Below are positions 59,611 to 64,000 of a DNA stretch of 64,000 bases, piece after piece. The notes under the pieces are model-generated. The model had not been told where the DNA came from. It saw only the letters and a program-made list of their open reading frames with translations, and made no database searches. Every line of letters begins with the position of its first letter. Within the stretch, counting starts at the first letter, position 1. The stretch is from Minisyncoccota bacterium (GTDB lineage: Bacteria; Patescibacteriota; Minisyncoccia; Phycocordibacterales; UBA9973), in contig JAQULK010000001.1 of NCBI GenBank assembly GCA_028718635.1, forward strand, positions 316,692-380,691, in the 5' to 3' direction. A program made the translations under genes and the position numbers.

Positions 59611-60445
59611 AATTATGATAAAGATTGGTGACTACAATACAATAATGAATGATCGGAATATTTTTAATCAAATTGTCTATACTCCTCTATCTGAAGCATT
59701 ACTGCTTTTAGAGAAAAGAAGAAAAGATCCAGAACTGATGGCGAAGGTTGAGAAATTACTAAAGGGAGATATCCCAGAGGTTTTTAAAAAAGATAAGAAA
59801 TACGCTGTACTTTTTAGACAAATTTCTACACCAGATTACGAAACCAATAGATTTATAGCATTAGCTAAGGAAAATAACTTACACCCAGTTGTTTTTGAAT
59901 ATCATGACGACATATTTTCGCCTGATGATAATCCATTTAAGTATTCATTAGGGATATTGTCTATCCATAAAGGCTCGTGCAAGAAAAATAATACTAACCT
60001 AGTAGAAAATCTTAGGATTGTTGATTTTAATGAACACAGAGGAAATAAACTAAATGAGGTAAAAACGTTATGGTCTGAACCCCTTATTGATTTCCATAAG
60101 TTTTTATTTAATGATCATTTTAAGGATGAAAAAATTATCACTTGGGATGGATCAGGGTGGTTAAAAAGTAAAGGTGCTCATGCACGAGATTATTATAAAT
60201 ATGTTTTTCTTCTTTTTGTTTATCATGGAATAATTTTTGAAAATTTTTTAACATCTAAAGATAGTGGTGGAGATTTCTCTAAAAAAATAGTATTGCCAGC
60301 TATTGAGGAGGTTATGAATATGACAGGAGTGAAGCCCCTTATCGTGCCGATTGAGCCATTTGAAATCGAATTAGATGATTTTTGGACATATCATAGCCTT
60401 AATGTAAAACAATTAATAAAAGATCGTAAAAAAATAAAAAGATAA
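59594..60445 (+). CDS. Hypothetical protein
   Basis: ORF only. Confidence 0.35.
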   Translation: MLKKNKIMIKIGDYNTIMNDRNIFNQIVYTPLSEALLLLEKRRKDPELMAKVEKLLKGDIPEVFKKDKKYAVLFRQISTPDYETNRFIALAKENNLHPVVFEYHDDIFSPDDNPFKYSLGILSIHKGSCKKNNTNLVENLRIVDFNEHRGNKLNEVKTLWSEPLIDFHKFLFNDHFKDEKIITWDGSGWLKSKGAHARDYYKYVFLLFVYHGIIFENFLTSKDSGGDFSKKIVLPAIEEVMNMTGVKPLIVPIEPFEIELDDFWTYHSLNVKQLIKDRKKIKR

Positions 60446-60446
60446 T

Positions 60447-62114
60447 ATGATTAATTTCGCAAATACAATAGTAAATACATGTTTTTTAACTAGAGGAGAT
60501 TCTGGTACTATCGCTTATTATTCTCACGTAATTCCAATAGTTTTATCACTTATTTTAGGAACTTTTGTATTTATAAAAACAAAATTTAATCTTTTTTCAA
60601 AAGTTTTCCTTGCTTTTATTATTGTGTTCTCACTTTGGCTTATTGGTGATGTGGTTCTTTGGACACAAAATAATTATTTTCTTCAATATGCTTCATGGGC
60701 ACCACTTGATTATCTTGAAATAGTTTTTTATGTGTTAGGATTTTATTTTGCTCTTATATTCGTAAAGAAGTCTGACATATCTATATTATGGAAAATATTT
60801 CTTTTTGTCTTAACTTTACCGACACTTTTTCTAACCATAATTAAACAATCATTGACTGGATTTTATTATCCTGTGTGTGAAGCGTTAAGTAATAATTTTA
60901 TAAGTGAATATAAACTTGCTGTTGAAGTAATATTATTGTTGATAATTTTTATCTACGCAATTATCCCATTTTTCAAAAAGTTTTCACGGGAAGAGAAAAA
61001 AGCAGATTTAATAGTTCTGGGTTCTATGTTTCTTTTTCTTTCAATCTTTGGAGTGACAGAATATCTTGCATCAACAACCGGATATTATGAAATGAATTTA
61101 TACAGCTTATTTCTTTTGCCGGTATTTTTGATTGCAATTATTTATTCTGTATTTGAACTTGATATTTTTAAAGTCCATATTCTTGGTACTTATTATCTAG
61201 TGGTAGGTCTTATTATTCTTATGGGGGGGCAATTATTCTTTATCACTAGCACGACCAATAGACTACTCACTATTTTAACTATCGTCTTGCTCGCTCTTTT
61301 AAGCTTGATTCTTTTCAGAAATTTAAAAAAAGAGTCTGACCAAAGAATACAAATTGAAAAACTTAATATTGACCTTCAAGATCTCCTCAAGCAAAGAGAG
61401 AGTCTCGTGCACTTGGTTACCCATAAAGTGAAGGGTTCTTTTACTCGCTCAAAATATATTTTTGCTGGGCTTTTGGATGGGACTTTCGGTGAAATAAGTG
61501 AAGTGGTAAAAAAATATGCGCAGATGGGCTTGGAGTCGGACAATGGTGGAATCCAAACGGTTAATCTAGTTTTGAATGCTTCTAATCTTTCTACTGGGTC
61601 AGTCAAATATGAAATGAAACCGGTTGATTTTAAAGAAATAGTGTTAAAAGTTTTGGTGGACAAAAAAGTGCAAGCGGAAGCGAAGGGGCTTCAAATGGAA
61701 AGCAATATCCATGACGACAAGAGTGATGTGTATAATGTTTCGGGTGATGCTTTCTGGCTCACCGAATCGGTCAATAATCTGATTGATAATTCTATTAAAT
61801 ATACCAAGGAAGGGAAGATAAGTGTCGATTTGCATGACGGCAATGGAAAAGTGAATCTCTCTGTGAAGGACACCGGCATAGGCATCACTGAAGAAGATAA
61901 AAAACATTTATTTACCGAAGGCGGAAGAGGTAAAGAATCTGTCAAAATAAATGTGGACAGTACTGGCTACGGGCTCTATTCAGTCAAACTGATTATCGAA
62001 GAACACAAAGGCAAGGTCTGGGCAGAGTCCGCAGGCGAGGGCAAAGGTTCGGCCTTCTATATAGAGTTGCCAGCTAATTCTACTCCTGTTGTTTCTGAGG
62101 TGGCTAAAGCATAA
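60447..62114 (+). CDS. Sensor histidine kinase with a polytopic membrane N-terminus (no adjacent response regulator)
   Basis: H-box LVHLVTHKVKGSF; N, G1 (DTGIGI), G2 boxes. Confidence 0.75.
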   Translation: MINFANTIVNTCFLTRGDSGTIAYYSHVIPIVLSLILGTFVFIKTKFNLFSKVFLAFIIVFSLWLIGDVVLWTQNNYFLQYASWAPLDYLEIVFYVLGFYFALIFVKKSDISILWKIFLFVLTLPTLFLTIIKQSLTGFYYPVCEALSNNFISEYKLAVEVILLLIIFIYAIIPFFKKFSREEKKADLIVLGSMFLFLSIFGVTEYLASTTGYYEMNLYSLFLLPVFLIAIIYSVFELDIFKVHILGTYYLVVGLIILMGGQLFFITSTTNRLLTILTIVLLALLSLILFRNLKKESDQRIQIEKLNIDLQDLLKQRESLVHLVTHKVKGSFTRSKYIFAGLLDGTFGEISEVVKKYAQMGLESDNGGIQTVNLVLNASNLSTGSVKYEMKPVDFKEIVLKVLVDKKVQAEAKGLQMESNIHDDKSDVYNVSGDAFWLTESVNNLIDNSIKYTKEGKISVDLHDGNGKVNLSVKDTGIGITEEDKKHLFTEGGRGKESVKINVDSTGYGLYSVKLIIEEHKGKVWAESAGEGKGSAFYIELPANSTPVVSEVAKA

Positions 62115-62224
62115 AAGAATGCTTTTGTGGGGGAAAATTGTATTGAAAACAGTGAAAATAAAAGAAAAAATATAGTTTTTCACGGTTATGTTGACAAAAG
62201 CGTGAAAAAGACTATAATTTATAT

Positions 62225-63106
62225 ATGTCAAAGACACCAGCAGTATTTAATAAAATAAATTCTTTACGAGAGCGTTACTATAAAGCTTCTATTGGTAAAG
62301 AGGCACTTATTAGGCTCGTTAGTGAAGCAGAAGTTGCTGAGCAAGTATATAACTCAAATGCTATAGAAAATAGTACATTGTCACTTGAAGAAACAGAAAA
62401 AATTTTACTTCAAATTGATCTTGAAAGGTTTATTAGTCAGAGAGAAATTTTTGAAGCCAAAAATCTCGCGCGAGTAGTATCGTATATTGACAAACGATCG
62501 AAAGAACAAGAATTGACACTTGATGTAATTCTTTCACTTCACAAAATGCTCATTACAAATATTCGTGATGACGTCGCAGGAAGATTTCGTAAAAATAATG
62601 AATATGTCAGAGTGGGAAGTCACATCGCTCCAAAACCAGAAGAAGTTTTAGAAAGACTTGAAAAAATGTTGTCCGAGTATAATGCAAAAAGTCACGAAAA
62701 TATTATTAAACGGATAGCAAAATTACATTTAACATTTGAATATACACATCCTTTTATCGATGGTAATGGGCGTATTGGCCGTGTGCTAAACAATTATCTT
62801 TTGATTCGTGAAGGATTCGTTCCTATAAATATTAAGTTTATAGACCGCAAGAAATATTATGATGCATTTAAGGAATTTGACGAAAAAGGTAAAACAAAAA
62901 TAATGGAGGAGATTGTCGCTAAAGCTTTGACTAATAGTTATCATAAGCGTTTGGCATATTTGGAAGGCAAAAAAATTATGACATTAGTTGAGTATGCAAA
63001 ATCTAAAAAAATTTCTCACTCTAATCTTATTAACAAAGCAACACGTCAGACAATTGAAGCTTTCTTGGAAAAAGGTGTTTGGAAAATAGGAGTACATAAA
63101 AAATGA
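62225..63106 (+). CDS. Fic-family protein (AMPylase) with an intramolecular N-terminal inhibitory motif (class II)
   Basis: HPFIDGNGRIGRVL Fic motif; SNAIEN = (S/T)xxxE(G/N). Confidence 0.85.
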   Translation: MSKTPAVFNKINSLRERYYKASIGKEALIRLVSEAEVAEQVYNSNAIENSTLSLEETEKILLQIDLERFISQREIFEAKNLARVVSYIDKRSKEQELTLDVILSLHKMLITNIRDDVAGRFRKNNEYVRVGSHIAPKPEEVLERLEKMLSEYNAKSHENIIKRIAKLHLTFEYTHPFIDGNGRIGRVLNNYLLIREGFVPINIKFIDRKKYYDAFKEFDEKGKTKIMEEIVAKALTNSYHKRLAYLEGKKIMTLVEYAKSKKISHSNLINKATRQTIEAFLEKGVWKIGVHKK

Positions 63107-63192
63107 GTTTATGTGTGATAAGAATCTTTCTGTGGATTTATATAATAATTTGCATTATTAGTAAAATAAGATAGAATAGTTTTATTGAATAA

Positions 63193-63268
63193 GGGCCCAT
63201 AGCTCATCTGGTAGAGCGCCTCATTTGCAATGAGGAGGTAAGGAGTTCGAGTCTCCTTGGGTCCACCA
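63193..63268 (+). tRNA. tRNA-Cys (GCA), CCA encoded
   Basis: Cloverleaf GGGCCCA...TGGGTCC; anticodon loop TTTGCAA; T-loop TTCGAGT. Confidence 0.85.
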
Positions 63269-63275
63269 GAGTATT

Positions 63276-64000
63276 ATGCTTTATAAATTTTTCACTAATT
63301 CGAAACGGGCGTGGCAAGCCATGTTTGCCGACATGAGCAGGGCTGAAAAATCAATATTTTTAGAAATGTATATCTTCGTAGATGATATGTCGGAATTTAA
63401 TTTTTTAAAATTATTAAAAGAAAAAGCAGAATCCGGGGTTAAAGTAAAAATAATTATAGATTCTTTTGGAAGTTCTGATTTAAGCAAAGAAGGAATTTTA
63501 AGTTTAAAAAATGCAGGAGCAGAAATTATTTTCTTCAGTCATATTTTTTATCGGACGCACAGAAAGGTCCTGATAGTGGATGAAAAAGTGGCATTCATCG
63601 GAGGAGTTAATTTTGAAGAGAAGATGAATAAATGGATGGATTTGGTAGTCAGAGTGGAAGGCAGTTTGGTCAAAAGCATTACTCGATCTTTTAGCAAAGC
63701 TTATGCTAATTATGGAGGCAAAGACCAAGCCTTGATTGCTTTGAATAAGGAGATTGTTTTTAGCAAGGCCAAAACTTGGGTTATGGAGCATTTTCCAATC
63801 AGTAATAAATATCATTTGAAGAAACTTTACAAGGAAGCGCTGAGAGATTCTGAAACAAGTGTTCTTTTAGTAAGTCCGTATTTTACACCCAAACGCTGGC
63901 TCATGGGAGCTATACATCAGGCTGTTTTGCGCGGGGTAAAAGTCGAGGTTCTTATTCCGAAGACGACTGATCATTTTCTTGTCGATCGCGTCAATCATTT
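63276..64000 (+). CDS. Phospholipase D / cardiolipin-synthase family protein (3' end beyond the window)
   Basis: HRKVLIVDEKVAFIGGVN HKD motif. Confidence 0.7.
   Translation, partial: MLYKFFTNSKRAWQAMFADMSRAEKSIFLEMYIFVDDMSEFNFLKLLKEKAESGVKVKIIIDSFGSSDLSKEGILSLKNAGAEIIFFSHIFYRTHRKVLIVDEKVAFIGGVNFEEKMNKWMDLVVRVEGSLVKSITRSFSKAYANYGGKDQALIALNKEIVFSKAKTWVMEHFPISNKYHLKKLYKEALRDSETSVLLVSPYFTPKRWLMGAIHQAVLRGVKVEVLIPKTTDHFLVDRVNH

Noticed and set aside
63281-63815. Minus-strand ORFs 63281..63487 and 63504..63815
   Set aside because: They are antisense to the PLD/cardiolipin-synthase-family gene starting at 63276, which carries a clear HKD motif.

Overview
Low-GC, gene-dense window that looks like a streamlined Candidate Phyla Radiation (Patescibacteria-type) chromosome. 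Evidence for that: short rpoB (1057 aa), rpoC (1206 aa) and PheS (240 aa), a 732-aa SMC-like ATPase, and a one-chain UvrD-nuclease.

Gene content is mostly housekeeping: helicase-nuclease, pheST, gyrB with a 432-aa intein, UDG, thrS, rpmF, a NusB-Nudix fusion, rnc, SMC-like, maf, a PBP5-CapA fusion, RNase R, rpsP, KH, trmD, rpoB, rpoC, dnaG, rpoD, dsbA-like, GT2, tsf, rpsB, hicBA, proS, mreBC and tgt. A clustered carboxyspermidine-type polyamine module follows (ODC-like, asd, aspartokinase, ATP-grasp, CASDH, CASDC). Beyond it lie RNase P RNA and a small accessory stretch (HIT, two ASCH paralogs including a GNAT-GNAT-ASCH fusion, a histidine kinase, a class-II Fic, and a partial PLD-family gene) around tRNA-Cys(GCA). 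tRNA-Thr(UGU) is also present.

The most unusual signal is a dense network of small palindromic / terminal-inverted-repeat elements, in at least four families called A-D here. They fill intergenic spacers and abut start and stop codons. Family D and related palindromes are inserted IN-FRAME inside essential genes (pheT, smc-like, rnr, dnaG, tgt) and have a conserved 14-16 bp palindromic core. The SMC-like and DnaG copies both encode an identical 12-aa peptide, TSPLIRGRLGGG. This behaves like Rickettsia palindromic elements (RPEs), but with an unrelated sequence family.

No CRISPR array, rRNA or obvious transposase was found.
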